A stretch of DNA of 64,000 bases from Candidatus Bathyarchaeota archaeon (GCA_963828195.1 CAWHDT010000003.1:224001-288000); one strand, 5' to 3'; shown: positions 1 to 11,011, numbered from the stretch's first letter. Translations and numbers: made by a program. The notes: a model not told the origin generated them from the letters alone.

Positions 1-224
1 AACGATGAATCCAATTGTCAATTCTCTTAGATTGCCATTTCCAACCCGTACCTTCAAGCTCAGTCTTTAAAATGATGGAATAGGCTAATCTCTGCGGCCA
101 TAACCAAAAACCTTGACTCTCAAAACCTTCTCGCAAAGCATTAATTGCGAGACGTAACTGAGTATTAGCCCACTCTTTCGAACCATAAAAAAAAGAGGGA
201 GAATTTGCGCGGGAGATTTCTCCA

Positions 225-944
225 TTGACGTCATTTAAGCTTTATCACCACGCCTTCTTAGTGACCAAGGATGAGAAGTGGGCGGTGATTCAGCAGGGCA
301 TGAGCGCGGAAGACCAGACAGCAAGACGCTACCACTGGCTCTCCGACAAAGTAACGGATTTTGTTGTGGAACCAGAAAACGCCATAGTTGGCGACGTAAA
401 AAGGGAAATAGCTTTGAACATGGTGGCAAAAACCAGCGAAGCTGCACGAAGAGCAAGCGTGGACCTTTCCAAGGAACCCACCCGCAAACTAATGAAACTA
501 ATCCAATCAACAGCCAAACCGCTTGAGCAAACGTCCCTGCAAGCATGGCTTCCCCAAACGGATGACCCTTGGAAGCAAACCCTAACCAGCCTCAATATGC
601 CCCGAAACATAAACTGGGATACCCTTAGCCGTGTCTACGAATTCCAACCAAACAACTACGAAGAGCTTCTCAGCGTTAAAGGCGTGGGACCAGCCACAGT
701 GCGCGGCTTAGCGTTGGTTGCTGAGCTGGTTTATGGCGAGAAACCCAGCTGGGAGGACCCCGTTAAATTCAGCTTCGCCTACAGCGGCAAAGACGGCGTC
801 CCCTTCCCCGTTGACCGCAAAGCAATGGATGAATCAATCCAAATCCTCAAACAATCCGTGCAGGAAGCAAAAATCGGCGACAAAGAAAAACTTCTCTCGC
901 TTCAAAGGCTTAGACGGTTTGTTCCCGAAAATGCAAATAGCTAA
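225..944 (+). pseudogene. DUF763 family protein, C-terminal part only (5'-truncated)
   Basis: LYHHAF...WAVIQQGM, ARRYHW, HhH-like GVGPATVRGLAL and KFSFAYSGKDGVPFPV match DUF763. The ORF begins mid-domain at a TTG with no upstream continuation. Confidence 0.65.
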
Positions 945-1013
945 AGCAAGCTTCTTGGAAAAACGAATAATTTTTATTGCTGCAGGTTTACTTAATTGCC
1001 CGAGCCTGTCAGT

Positions 1014-1185
1014 GGGGTCGTAGTCTAGACAGGTATGACGACGGGCTCCAGAAGCAAGCAACGGGTTTGCTGACTCCGCTCGGAGAATGACGAAGTTCTG
1101 GAGCGTGTCTAGAGAAACCCGTAAAGAACCGCCTCGCGTGGTTCTTGGGTAAAGGTCGTCGGTTCAAATCCGGCCGGCCCCACCA
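1014..1185 (+). tRNA. trnW: tRNA-Trp(CCA) with two introns (37/38: ~1052-1116; 43/44: 1123-1152) and encoded CCA
   Basis: Acceptor stem GGGGTCG/CGGCCCC, anticodon stem ACGGG/CCCGT, anticodon CCA at 1048-1050, T-arm GTCGG-TTCAAAT-CCGGC, ACCA end. A bulge-helix-bulge flanks the second intron. Confidence 0.93.
1052..1116 (+). ncRNA. Intron-encoded box C/D guide RNA of pre-tRNA-Trp
   Basis: D' box CTGA at 1070-1073 is preceded by ACGGGTTT, complementary to AAACCCGT; the +5 rule gives C39. C' box ATGACGA at 1087-1093 is followed by TTCTGGAGC, complementary to the anticodon loop. Confidence 0.8.
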
Positions 1186-1546
1186 AATTAACATAAAACA
1201 GTCTAATAGATATGAAGTGCATTAGCGATGAGCAGCTTAATTTTAGCTCATTTTGTATACAGCTAATTTTTCTGGTTCAGGCATTTCCGGAGAGCGTTTA
1301 AATCTTACAGATACACAAAACACCCAAGAAAATGCTTTATCAAGCGAATCCGATAGGATTTGGTCCCAAAAGGGGGCGCTCAAACCACAAGCTCTATTTT
1401 GCCAAATTTGTAGAATCAGGCTATTTTTGGAAGTTTACTCTACGGATTGGGATGCCGTCCCTAAAACCCATCTGGATCAAAACCATTATTAAAGAAAAGA
1501 AGAGTCAACACTTTTGAGTGCTTGAAATAAAGACTCCATCTGCACC

Positions 1547-1571
1547 CGCGGGTTCAAATCCCTCCCCCGCA
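1547..1571 (+). repeat. Degenerate tRNA 3'-end fragment (Leu-like), possible att remnant
   Basis: GCGGGTTCAAATCCCTCCCCCGCA resembles a T-arm plus acceptor 3' strand; no 5' half is present. Confidence 0.5.
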
Positions 1572-1655
1572 TTTTGCTTAAATCTTGCTAAATTCCGGCT
1601 TATTTTTTGCAATTTCACCCATTCTGTTAACATTTAGGTTTTTGCAGTTTTTGGT

Positions 1656-2801
1656 CTATATCTTGTTTGAATGATTCTTATTTTTTCGCAAGTAAAGCGT
1701 TGTTGCAACAGTGGCTAAGGTGAATGCGGCTAAGACCATAATAAATGATGGGAACTCTGGAGTAGCTGTTGCTGTCTGGGAGGTTGTAGAAGTCGGTGAG
1801 GACGTTGGCGTCGGTGAAGTGCCGGGGTTTGTTGATGAAGATGAGGAAGGTGTTGGCGACGTGGTCGAAGACGGATTGGGCGAAGCAGTAGCCCCTGCTT
1901 GAATTGGAGGATTGCTGCCGTAATTATAAAGCAGTAGCTGACCGTTTCCTCCTTGACCATAAGCGTTTCCTCCGTTAATACTACAATTTCCCTGTGTTAT
2001 GCCGCCGCTTCCATATGCTAGAAGTATAACGCCACCACCTCCCCCACCGCCGCCTCCACCACCCAACACCATGCCTGGAGTAAATAAGACGCCGTTTTGA
2101 CCGTTTGCCAAGATATTACCATTGTTTGAGATTTCATTTGCTTGAATATAGATTCCATATGCTCCTGATCCCCCGTATCCCGATACTCCAGTTGTGTCTT
2201 CCCCACCACCTCCGCCTGCTCCGGACAAATAATTGGCAAAACCATTCGCATACATTGTTTGTATGAAAGAATTGGTCAAGGTAGGAGTTGTTGGGGTGGA
2301 GCCATTGGTCGGGCCATTATAATTCGTACCACTTGGTTGGTATCCTCCAAATCCTCCCTGAGCCAAGGTTGCGCCTCCATTCCCTCCGTTTATAATGTTG
2401 TAGCCAGCTCCGCCGCCTGATCCTCCATAAGAGTTGGGGCAAGATCCACCATTCCGGCTGTATTCTCCACCGTTTTCTAAATACCCGGTTATTACTGTCC
2501 CGTCATTAGTAAAAAATCCTGAACAAATTATACTGAACCCATTCGTTGTTAGGGCTACTCCCTGTTGGATTGTTAAACTGGAGCATGAAAGGTCTGATGT
2601 AATCGTTGTATTTGATGAAATGGTGATTTCTTGTAAAGTTTGTGATGAAGCAAGGGTTATAGATAGCGGTCCAGACGTGTCAGTTCCCTTTACGACATTA
2701 TTCGAAAAATTAGCAGAGACTAAAAGTAATAGTGCTATTAGAAAAACAGAGATTTTACAAAAACTAATTAATTTAGGACCAAATATGCTTTGAAATTTCA
2801 T
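1656..2801 (-). CDS. Secreted glycine-rich surface protein with PEF-CTERM anchor
   Basis: Signal peptide, poly-Gly tracts, S/T/P linker, then TPEF, a TM helix and a basic tail. Confidence 0.85.
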   Translation of the reverse strand: MKFQSIFGPKLISFCKISVFLIALLLLVSANFSNNVVKGTDTSGPLSITLASSQTLQEITISSNTTITSDLSCSSLTIQQGVALTTNGFSIICSGFFTNDGTVITGYLENGGEYSRNGGSCPNSYGGSGGGAGYNIINGGNGGATLAQGGFGGYQPSGTNYNGPTNGSTPTTPTLTNSFIQTMYANGFANYLSGAGGGGGEDTTGVSGYGGSGAYGIYIQANEISNNGNILANGQNGVLFTPGMVLGGGGGGGGGGGVILLAYGSGGITQGNCSINGGNAYGQGGNGQLLLYNYGSNPPIQAGATASPNPSSTTSPTPSSSSSTNPGTSPTPTSSPTSTTSQTATATPEFPSFIMVLAAFTLATVATTLYLRKNKNHSNKI

Positions 2802-3211
2802 AAGTCTCCCTCTGAAATTAAACTCATTGCCTCATTTTCTTTTTAAGCCTTTGGCATTTTAATCTACCAATGTGTACATCTTGCATGGTTTAGCTAAAAA
2901 AATCGATAAACTTTTAGGAGGTTGGAATTTACAGCTAAAAGGATATTTTAAAAATAACAATGGTCAAATAATAAATAGCCTATTTTTAAAAAAAATGGAC
3001 GCAAAAACAGGAAAATTCTACTGTCGATATTGACACGGCGCGATACTAACAAGCTTCTCACTCAACTTTTGGGGAAGGGGACGAAGATGGAAGGAGCTTG
3101 AGCGATTGCTTACCTAAATTTCAGCACAGAAGATATAGCATCTTCTTAAAAAACTATCTATTGCACCAATCGGAGCTGAAGTATCAAGAGTTGAATAGTT
3201 GAAGGAATCGC

Positions 3212-4606
3212 CTATTTTATAATCATATTAATTCCCATTTTCCGACTATTTTCTTTTTTTTCGACGATAACTGAAAACAAGACTATGATCATCACGACAA
3301 TTAACATAGTTCCTAGCATTTGGCACGAAAATTCTGGAACTGCAGGAGATGGTGAAGCAGTTATTGCTGGAGAAACACTATCTGTAGGTGTAGGCGTTGC
3401 TGATTGCGGAGAAGTTTGTATCGGAGTGGACACAGGTGTGGGCGCTTGCGTAGGTGCTTCGGTAGGGGAAGACGCTGCAGTTAGATTCACTGTCACTACC
3501 GCAGTATTGGATTGAGCAGAAGTTGCGCCTGAACTGTCAGTAACCGTACAAGTAACCGAGTAAGTACTAGCAGAGGCAGGAGCAAAACTAAACGTTGACG
3601 AAATCTGACCAGACTGGGCCGTCCCATCTGCATACCACTGATAAGACAGGTAAGATCCAGAACCGCCGCTGGCAGTAGCAGTAAACACCTGAGTCTGACC
3701 AACAATCATTGTCCAAGAAGTAGGCGAGACACTCGCAGCCAGAACACCCGTGCTTATCGCCGACACCGAATTACCTCCATTATTTGTTACATAGGCGTAT
3801 GCGCCGCTAGGGGAAACAGCGACACTGGTAGGTTCGCTTAACCCAGTTATTGTTGCAGTCACCGTGTTTGAAGCGGTACTTATCACAGACACCGAATTGC
3901 TTCCATAATTTGTTACATACGCGTATGCACCGTTTGGCGTAATAGCAATGCCTTCAGGATTTGTTCCAACTGGAACAGTCGCCGTAACCGTGTTCAAAGA
4001 TGTGCTTATCACCGAGACCGTACCGCTGCTGCCTTTACTTAAGACGTAGACGTATGCACCGTTAGGAGTTACTGCCACGCCATCAGGAACATTTAAACCG
4101 GTTACCGACGTCGTTACCGTATTAGACGATGTACTTATCAGCGAGACCGTACCGCTACCTTCGTTTGTAACATAGACGTAATCACCGTTGGGCGTTACAG
4201 CCACTCCAGCAGGGCCGTTTCCAACGTTTATTATCGTCGTCACCGCATTCGTAGCTGTACTTATAACCGACACCGTACCGCCTTGACTATTCGTCACATA
4301 GGCATATGCGCCGTTAGGCGTAATAGCAACATCCTCAGGAACAAGTCCAACGGTTATCGTCGCTATCACTGCGTTTGAAGATGTGCTTATAACCGACACT
4401 GAATCGCCAAATTCATTTATTACGTAGGCGTATGCGCCATTAGGGGTTAAAGCAACACCAGAAGGATTGCTTCCAACGGTTATCGTTGCCGTCGCTGTAT
4501 TCTGAGCTTGAACTGGCTGAGACAATAATGAGACAGCGCAGAACAAGAAGAGGATGGCGAGAAGGAGGTAACCAACGCCCAATGTCTTTGTTGTCACTCG
4601 CTTCAT
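3212..4606 (-). CDS. YncE/YVTN beta-propeller surface protein with Ig/PKD-like domain and PEF-CTERM anchor
   Basis: Six GxxPxGVAxTPNGAYAYVTN repeats, an Ig-like segment, PT linker, VPEF and TM. Confidence 0.9.
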   Translation of the reverse strand: MKRVTTKTLGVGYLLLAILFLFCAVSLLSQPVQAQNTATATITVGSNPSGVALTPNGAYAYVINEFGDSVSVISTSSNAVIATITVGLVPEDVAITPNGAYAYVTNSQGGTVSVISTATNAVTTIINVGNGPAGVAVTPNGDYVYVTNEGSGTVSLISTSSNTVTTSVTGLNVPDGVAVTPNGAYVYVLSKGSSGTVSVISTSLNTVTATVPVGTNPEGIAITPNGAYAYVTNYGSNSVSVISTASNTVTATITGLSEPTSVAVSPSGAYAYVTNNGGNSVSAISTGVLAASVSPTSWTMIVGQTQVFTATASGGSGSYLSYQWYADGTAQSGQISSTFSFAPASASTYSVTCTVTDSSGATSAQSNTAVVTVNLTAASSPTEAPTQAPTPVSTPIQTSPQSATPTPTDSVSPAITASPSPAVPEFSCQMLGTMLIVVMIIVLFSVIVEKKENSRKMGINMIIK

Positions 4607-4794
4607 TCTTTCGCCTCACTAGTAAGATAACTCCAGATTAGGGTGGGACTAAGTTCCGGATTTCCTGTGCCTGCACCGCTGTGAGACGGGTCCGAGCGGA
4701 ACATTATCCAGTCGGCGTTAGCAACCGGAATCAAAACTAAACCGAAATGAGCACTTATAAAAATCGTCTTGCTTACCGTAAATAATCTATTCAT
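4603..4794 (-). pseudogene. N-terminal stub of a PQQ-like beta-propeller protein
   Basis: Signal peptide plus ADWIMFRSDPSHSG, a typical PQQ/BamB-propeller start; it ends after 63 aa and overlaps the next ATG. Confidence 0.6.
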
Positions 4795-4842
4795 GCGCCA
4801 CCCTACCTCAAATACAAGAGCGGGTATGAGCCCAATTTTAAT

Positions 4843-7800
4843 TTAAGCTTTGTGCTCAATTCGGTTTCTCTTCATCCGGCTCACAACAACTGCTGAAGAT
4901 AATCCTGCAGCTGCAACTACAGTAACTATGAGAATGATTTCTACGTAAGGGATGTTAGACTGGGTGTTGGGCTGGCCCGGTTGAGGTGAACTTTGGGTGT
5001 TTGCGGCGGCTGAAGTTTGGTTCCACAAGTTCGTTTCTTCAGCAAGTGTCGCATTCATAGCTTGCAATCCGTTGGTTAAGGTGAAATTATCAAGAGTAGT
5101 AGCATTAAATAACGAAAGACTATCAGTTACGTAACTGATAGACGAAGAGAGCCCTAAGCCAGTAAGGACTTGAGTTTCAACTGGAGGGAGACCATTTTGT
5201 TGGATGTAATTCTCAGCAGATTGAATTGTTGTTGAGTTGACTGCAGGAAATTGAGCAGTTAAAAAATTAAGTTGGTTCTGAAAAGTTGTAAAGTATTGAT
5301 TCCTTTCTGCGGTATAGTTCATTATTGCTTGAAGTTGCAGCTTAGCATAATTTTGGGAGTTTGCCCCTTCTGCACCTGAATATCTTATTATAGATTGTGT
5401 AAGTGCTTGTTGACAAGAGAGCATGTTTACCAACATGTAAACAAGGTTGCCATCATTTTCTGGAAGAGCCTGGATAATTGGAAGATTAGCGAACAGGGTT
5501 CCGTTTTCCAACATTATTGGGCTAGGCTGAGCAACATTCGTAAAATCTGAACTAGGATCAGAAGCTGCAATATAAGCCTGGTTTTGGATAGCAATCGTTA
5601 ATGCTTGAGCAAGTAAGCATGTGGTACCTGCTGCGAGACCAACTCCTGACCAAGAAGTGAATATTAACCATTCAAGCCCCATTAGCGTTTCAGACCCTGC
5701 TACCGCTGCCATGGCAACGGTCCCGATGTAATCGAGCATCTTAGTTCCTGTACCGGGAACTTGAACTTGCTCAGAAATTGGTTCAATATTAGTGTTACCC
5801 CAGCTAAGCTCAAAGGCGAATTGTTCGTTGCTTATGAACCATTCATAATTTGCGAAGATGTTATGAAAGGTATCGAGTTGCTCTTCGGTATAAGCTGCAC
5901 TTAGAACAGCGGGTATTGCACCAGTCGCAACAGCTAGTAAACCTGAGGCCGCCAAATATTCCCAGTTCCAAGGTTGAATCCAGTTCCAGTCGCTTGTGAT
6001 TTCGAATATAAATGTGGCACTACCTTCTGGAGGTACTTCTTGAGAAGGTGGATTAATAACCTGAGATGCGGAGCAGCCGCCCATTCAGTCGGAAACTGAA
6101 TGTACTGTAAAGCTTCCTGAACCGAGGATGGTAAGGACTCTGTCTTCAAGCCACCCTGCATTATTGAGGCTCCAGTCTGGCTTAATTCTAGATTGTAAGG
6201 TTCAGAAATGGAATTAGAGTTTTTGATAGTTATTCTAATGTCGTATGGTTGGTTTATGGTTGCAGATTGTATTATGTTCCCACTAAGGTCGGTCATTACA
6301 TAGCTTTCGACTACAAGACCTGATTGAGTCTGTGATGATTTAGGCGTTGGCGTAGCTTCAGGTGTCGGAGTTGTTGTTGGTGTGGGGGTCAGTGAAGGCG
6401 CAAGTGTCGGGGTAGGAACAGGCGTTTGGTCGGGTTTAGGTGTTGGAGTTAGGAGAGCAGTTGGAGAAGGCGAAGGCGTCGGTTGCTGTGTAGGTGTAGC
6501 AGTGGGGGAAGGACTTGACGAAGGAGAAGGTGAAGACCCAGCAAGGGCAAATAGAGTATTACCATTCACTTGATAGAAATCTCCATTATTACCTGGAAAA
6601 ACGCCAGCTGTATACTTGCATAATATAGCGCCAGTTGACCCACTTAGGCAATAAAGGAATTCGGGACCGTTTGGAGCATCCAAGTAAACATAACCGTTGA
6701 CAACGTAAATGCTGGGGTAGTCACCCGAAAGGTCCTGAACATAACTGCTCCAAATCAATTGACCGGTGGAAGCATCAAGACAAAGTACGTTGCCACCATA
6801 GGAACCCTGTAGTGCCAAATAGACACAATTGTTCGTAACAAAAACATCATTTGCAATAGCCAAGGTTTCATCTGGATTGAGCGAACCACTTGGAACTGAG
6901 TAATTCCATATCGTTTTTCCAGTAGAGGAATCAAGACAATCAAGACTGTTGTTAAAGTAAAAATCGTTGACATATACGTAATTGCCATATGGAATTAAGG
7001 GATAACCAAGTGTTGAACTTTCCCAGATGGGAGGTGTGGTTGCAACGTTCCATATGTTAGTTTGGGTAGTGTCAAAGCAATATATACCACCTGTTGTTTG
7101 ACCACCATTTTCCTCAATGCCCAATATATACACGTGATTAGCTGAGAAGACAGGATTTGTTGAGTCCAAACCGTTCCATGGGGCCCAACCTAGGGTTGTG
7201 CTGTTGTAGTTCCATATTTTGTTGCCTGTCGCAGAATCAAGGCAGGTAACCATACCATCGACACAGTAAACATAAAGATAGCCATTTTCCGAATCGATAT
7301 AAAAAGTGGATCCGTAAGTACTTCCAAATAGGGGAGTGTTAACGCTAGAATGCCATAATGGCGTTCCCGTTGAGGCACTTATCGCACTGACATTACCATC
7401 TGAGAAAACAGAGTAAATTACACCATTAGCTAATTCTGATATCACAATAGCACTATCATCTGCGTTGTTTCCTTCTTCGTAAGTGCTGTTTAAGGTAGAG
7501 GTCCAAAGCGTTTCACCAGTAGAGGCATCAAGACAGTATGCATTATTTGAGTTATCTGTTACGAAAATGTCGCCATTATCAACTATAGAAAGATTAGTCG
7601 AATAATAATTACCATTAGTTATGACACCCATATTATTTGCATTCGGGAAAGTGTGATTCCATACCTGAGTTAGAGTGCCAAGTGGTATCGAATTGGTTAA
7701 CGCACTTGCATAGGTTATATTAGAGCTTAATACCAAGTTGTTCTTTTGCGGCAACACAGAGAACATGCTGATAATCAAAATGGCAATAATTCCAATCGCC

Positions 7801-7868
7801 AATTTTCCCTTCAATTTGCTTCCCCTATGAATCTTTATGTGTTGGAATTTATTTATAAAATCTTGCAT
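4843..7868 (-). pseudogene. Large surface protein (PQQ-like propeller, PT linker, Ig-like and helical domains, C-terminal TM) split by a frameshift near 6070
   Basis: ORF 5934-7868 has a signal peptide and CLDASTGxxxW repeats but no anchor. ORF 4843-6084 has no signal peptide but ends in TM plus basic tail. They overlap by 151 nt in different frames. Confidence 0.7.
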
Positions 7869-8273
7869 TAAAACATAGAAATAGAAAAAGCATTCATTGG
7901 TCTAATTCTTTCTGTCAAGAAAATTGAAAATAGCTATATTTGTAGTGAATCCTTAGAAATACCATATTTTTTCACTAACTGATATCACTTTTACCTGTTT
8001 CGTTCCAAGTCTCTCCTACAAAATTGGTAAAACGCCAGTGCCGACCTCTATGCCTCCACCATATGTTCCCCAAATTCTCTCTTCAATCGCATGTTCATTC
8101 TTAAAATTCTTCGGCTTATCTGGTGCCGCGTGATCTTGAATCTTGCAAGTTTAATTGCTAATTCCTTAGGTAGCAAACCAAGCGACACTGCTTCAAAAAA
8201 CAACCTGATTTCTTGATCTTATCTCAATCCACATAAACCACACGCTCGATAACTGATTGCTCAAAATCGAAAA

Positions 8274-8301
8274 CGGTTCTGATGCGCGCCGCGCCCCACC
8301 A
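8274..8301 (+). repeat. Degenerate direct repeat of the tRNA-Trp 3' end (putative attR)
   Basis: CGGTTCTGATGCGCGCCGCGCCCCACCA versus tRNA CGGTTCAAATCCGGCCGGCCCCACCA (1160-1185). Confidence 0.5.
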
Positions 8302-8613
8302 TAAGCATAGCAGGTCCCATTTTGTCTCTCTACATCTAACTTTTATAAGAAAGTGCCTGTATTCGACTGCAACGATAACGAGGAATATGCAGCGTGGTTG
8401 CTATGAAATGTGAAAAATGTATTTATGAAAACAAGCATACACAAAACTTTGGTTGTAAGTTTTAAACGTACGTCTAAAGCTATACGGCCCCCAATATCTA
8501 TTTAATGACACGAGACATCAACAAAATAATGGAGCACTAAGCCACAATTGCTAACAATATTAGCGGTGAAGCGCAAGGTGTCGCCACAAGTACATTTTGG
8601 CGCTTTCGCTTTT

Positions 8614-9108
8614 TCATCTATTTTGGTCGTGAGAAGATCTGGTTGATTTTTTTACTGCCAACGCAACCGCAGAAATGGTCACTAGCGCCGGTACTAATAA
8701 TAAAATAATCGCCGCCGCGGTGAACTCTGGAATAGTTGGGCTTGGAGACGAAGACGTGTCAGAAGAATCAGGTATAACAGATACTGTATCAGATAGAGAG
8801 TTGGCTACAAAGACCTCACCTTTAGCAGAATCATAGGCAATGTCAGATGGAAGGTTTCCAACAGTCAAGTTGGCAACCACAGAATTGCTGCTATCCGATA
8901 TAACCGAGACAGTGTCATAACCAGAATTAGCGTTAAAAACGGTCATATAGATCTCGCCCTTGCTCAAATCATAAGCTAAGGTGTTGGGGTAGCCTCCTAC
9001 ATTTATCGTGTGGATTTCGCCGGCAGCATTCACCGCGTTGGCTACCGACACTGCAAGAATTAAAGCGATTAGAATTGAGATAGAGGCGATTCTCTTAAGG
9101 TTCTTCAT
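8614..9108 (-). CDS. Short YVTN-repeat PEF-CTERM protein with only about two blades
   Basis: Signal peptide, two VGxxPxxxAYDxxKGE repeats, IPEF and TM. Confidence 0.8.
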   Translation of the reverse strand: MKNLKRIASISILIALILAVSVANAVNAAGEIHTINVGGYPNTLAYDLSKGEIYMTVFNANSGYDTVSVISDSSNSVVANLTVGNLPSDIAYDSAKGEVFVANSLSDTVSVIPDSSDTSSSPSPTIPEFTAAAIILLLVPALVTISAVALAVKKSTRSSHDQNR

Positions 9109-9328
9109 AAAGATTCGTTAACTTCAATTATCTTATAAGTTTTTGCAACAGTTAGATGAAAAATTGTGACGCTTTTAGTTTTGTCTGAGATAGCCCGCAA
9201 TAACGGGACAGGGCAGCTCGCTCATGACATGGCGTGAGCGCCTCTCGCATAAACACTTCCTATGGCATCGCGCCAACTAAATTCGTGATAGGTTGTTATC
9301 CGAAAAGTTAGCCGATTAACGGTAATAA

Positions 9329-11011
9329 TTATTTTTTGTTGCTTGTGTCAGTTGTTTCTTGGCTGTTCATGTATTTTTTGCCTCTTAGAAGAGATGCGGC
9401 TGCTGCGACGCCTGTTAACCCAGCGCTCACATAGAATACGTTGTGTAAAGAAGCCACGAAGGGTTTGGCAATTGCAGTTGGGAACCAGTGTAGCCCTGTG
9501 AGTACGCTGGTTGTCTGCCCGCTCAGGGTTGCAGAAACGCTTTGCGGCAGCTGAGCAATAATTGACGCAACTGGATTATAGCCTAAGAAGGCGGAGAAAA
9601 GTGATCCTGTCGGAGAAAATGATGTGAAGTAGGGAATAAGCTGCGGTGCACCCGCCGCTGTTAGAGACGAAGCGAACGCTGATGGAAGCCCCTGCGAAAG
9701 CGAAAGCACGACGACGGCGAAAAAAGCTGCAATGCTAACCACCATCCCCGTGTTCTGCAACGTGGTTCTCATTCCAGAAGCTATTCCCCTGTTCTCTGGC
9801 GGAACCGAGTTCATAATCGAAGAAATGTTCGGCGAAGCGAACATCCCCATTCCCATACCCTGCACATATATCAGCGCCGCAAACTCAAGGTAAATGAAGT
9901 TATAGGGAAGAAACGCCAAGCCAAGAAATGTTGCGCATGTAATCGCCATACCGAGACTTGCCAGCCCCCTTGCGCCGTACTTATCCGACAACGTTCCGCT
10001 GATTGGCCCCATGGTAACGAAGCCAGCGGAAAGCGGAAGCAAGTAAACGCCAGCCCAGAACGGAGTATCCGTGTAGCTGATTCCATGCAGCGGAAGCCAA
10101 ATGCCCTGCAGCAGGACGCTAAGCATAATCAACACTCCGCCCCTTGCTACAGCGGCAAAGAAATCCGCAAGCATACCTGCGGAAAAACTTCGAATCTTGA
10201 ACAAGCTGAGCTTAATCATCGGAGACTTCACCACCCTTTCCACGAACGGAAACGCGAGGAGCAATGCACTTCCCGACGTCAAACCAGCTATTACCCATGG
10301 GTTAGACCAGCCCATCGTTGACGAGCCGTATGGAAGCAGCCCGTAGGTGAGGGAAACCAGCAGCACGGTAAGCCCTCCGGCGAAGGTTACGTTGCCCCAG
10401 ATATCTATCTTCTCGCCTGTGGCTCTTTTGCCCATCTCTTTAAGCTTCAAGTAGGACCAAACTGCACCGAAGACGCTGATGGGGACGCTGACCAAAAAGA
10501 CGAACCTCCAGTCAATCGTTGCTAGAGTGCCGCCGATAACGAGACCTATGAAGGAGCCTGCCAGAGCTGCAACTTGGTTTATGCCCAGAGCTTTGCCGCG
10601 CTCATTCGCCGGAAAAGCGTCAGTTAAAATGGCGGCGCTATTAGAGAACAGGAAGGCAGCGCCCACCGCCTGCACAATGCGAAAGAAAATCAGTTCCAAT
10701 GCTCCAATGTCTCCCGTGTTAGGGGTGAGGAAAAGCAGGATGGAGCCAACGGCGAATATCGCGAATCCGATGTTGTAAAACCTGACTCTTCCGTGAATGT
10801 CCGAGATTCTTCCGAAGGAAACCAGAAGAGTCGCCGTAACAATGAGGTAGCCGAAGAGAATCCAGAGCAGATAGGGAAAGGAGGTCAGGGGATTCAGGTT
10901 TATTCCGCGGAATATGGCTGGAAGGGCAATCAGCACGATGGTGCCGTCTATCGCAGCTATCAGAGTGCCAAGAGTGGTGTTGGAGAGGGCAACCCATTTG
11001 TACTCAACCAT
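9329..11011 (-). CDS. MFS transporter, DHA2/EmrB-QacA type (14 TM)
   Basis: GRISDIHGR motif [16 protein letters not shown]. Start placed at MVEYKW after a GGAGG SD. Confidence 0.92.
   Translation of the reverse strand: MVEYKWVALSNTTLGTLIAAIDGTIVLIALPAIFRGINLNPLTSFPYLLWILFGYLIVTATLLVSFGRISDIHGRVRFYNIGFAIFAVGSILLFLTPNTGDIGALELIFFRIVQAVGAAFLFSNSAAILTDAFPANERGKALGINQVAALAGSFIGLVIGGTLATIDWRFVFLVSVPISVFGAVWSYLKLKEMGKRATGEKIDIWGNVTFAGGLTVLLVSLTYGLLPYGSSTMGWSNPWVIAGLTSGSALLLAFPFVERVVKSPMIKLSLFKIRSFSAGMLADFFAAVARGGVLIMLSVLLQGIWLPLHGISYTDTPFWAGVYLLPLSAGFVTMGPISGTLSDKYGARGLASLGMAITCATFLGLAFLPYNFIYLEFAALIYVQGMGMGMFASPNISSIMNSVPPENRGIASGMRTTLQNTGMVVSIAAFFAVVVLSLSQGLPSAFASSLTAAGAPQLIPYFTSFSPTGSLFSAFLGYNPVASIIAQLPQSVSATLSGQTTSVLTGLHWFPTAIAKPFVASLHNVFYVSAGLTGVAAAASLLRGKKYMNSQETTDTSNKK

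Noticed and set aside
1-57. Possible start of a minus-strand gene (TTG, KVRVGNGNLRELTIGFIV) running off the window
   Set aside because: Too short to support.
1253-1517. Two short overlapping ORFs after the tRNA
   Set aside because: No recognisable motif; possibly decayed coding sequence but unassignable.
9190-9275. GC-rich hairpins (CGCTCATG...CGTGAGCG) between the MFS and YVTN genes as an ncRNA or riboswitch
   Set aside because: No recognisable family motif; could be a terminator or chance structure.
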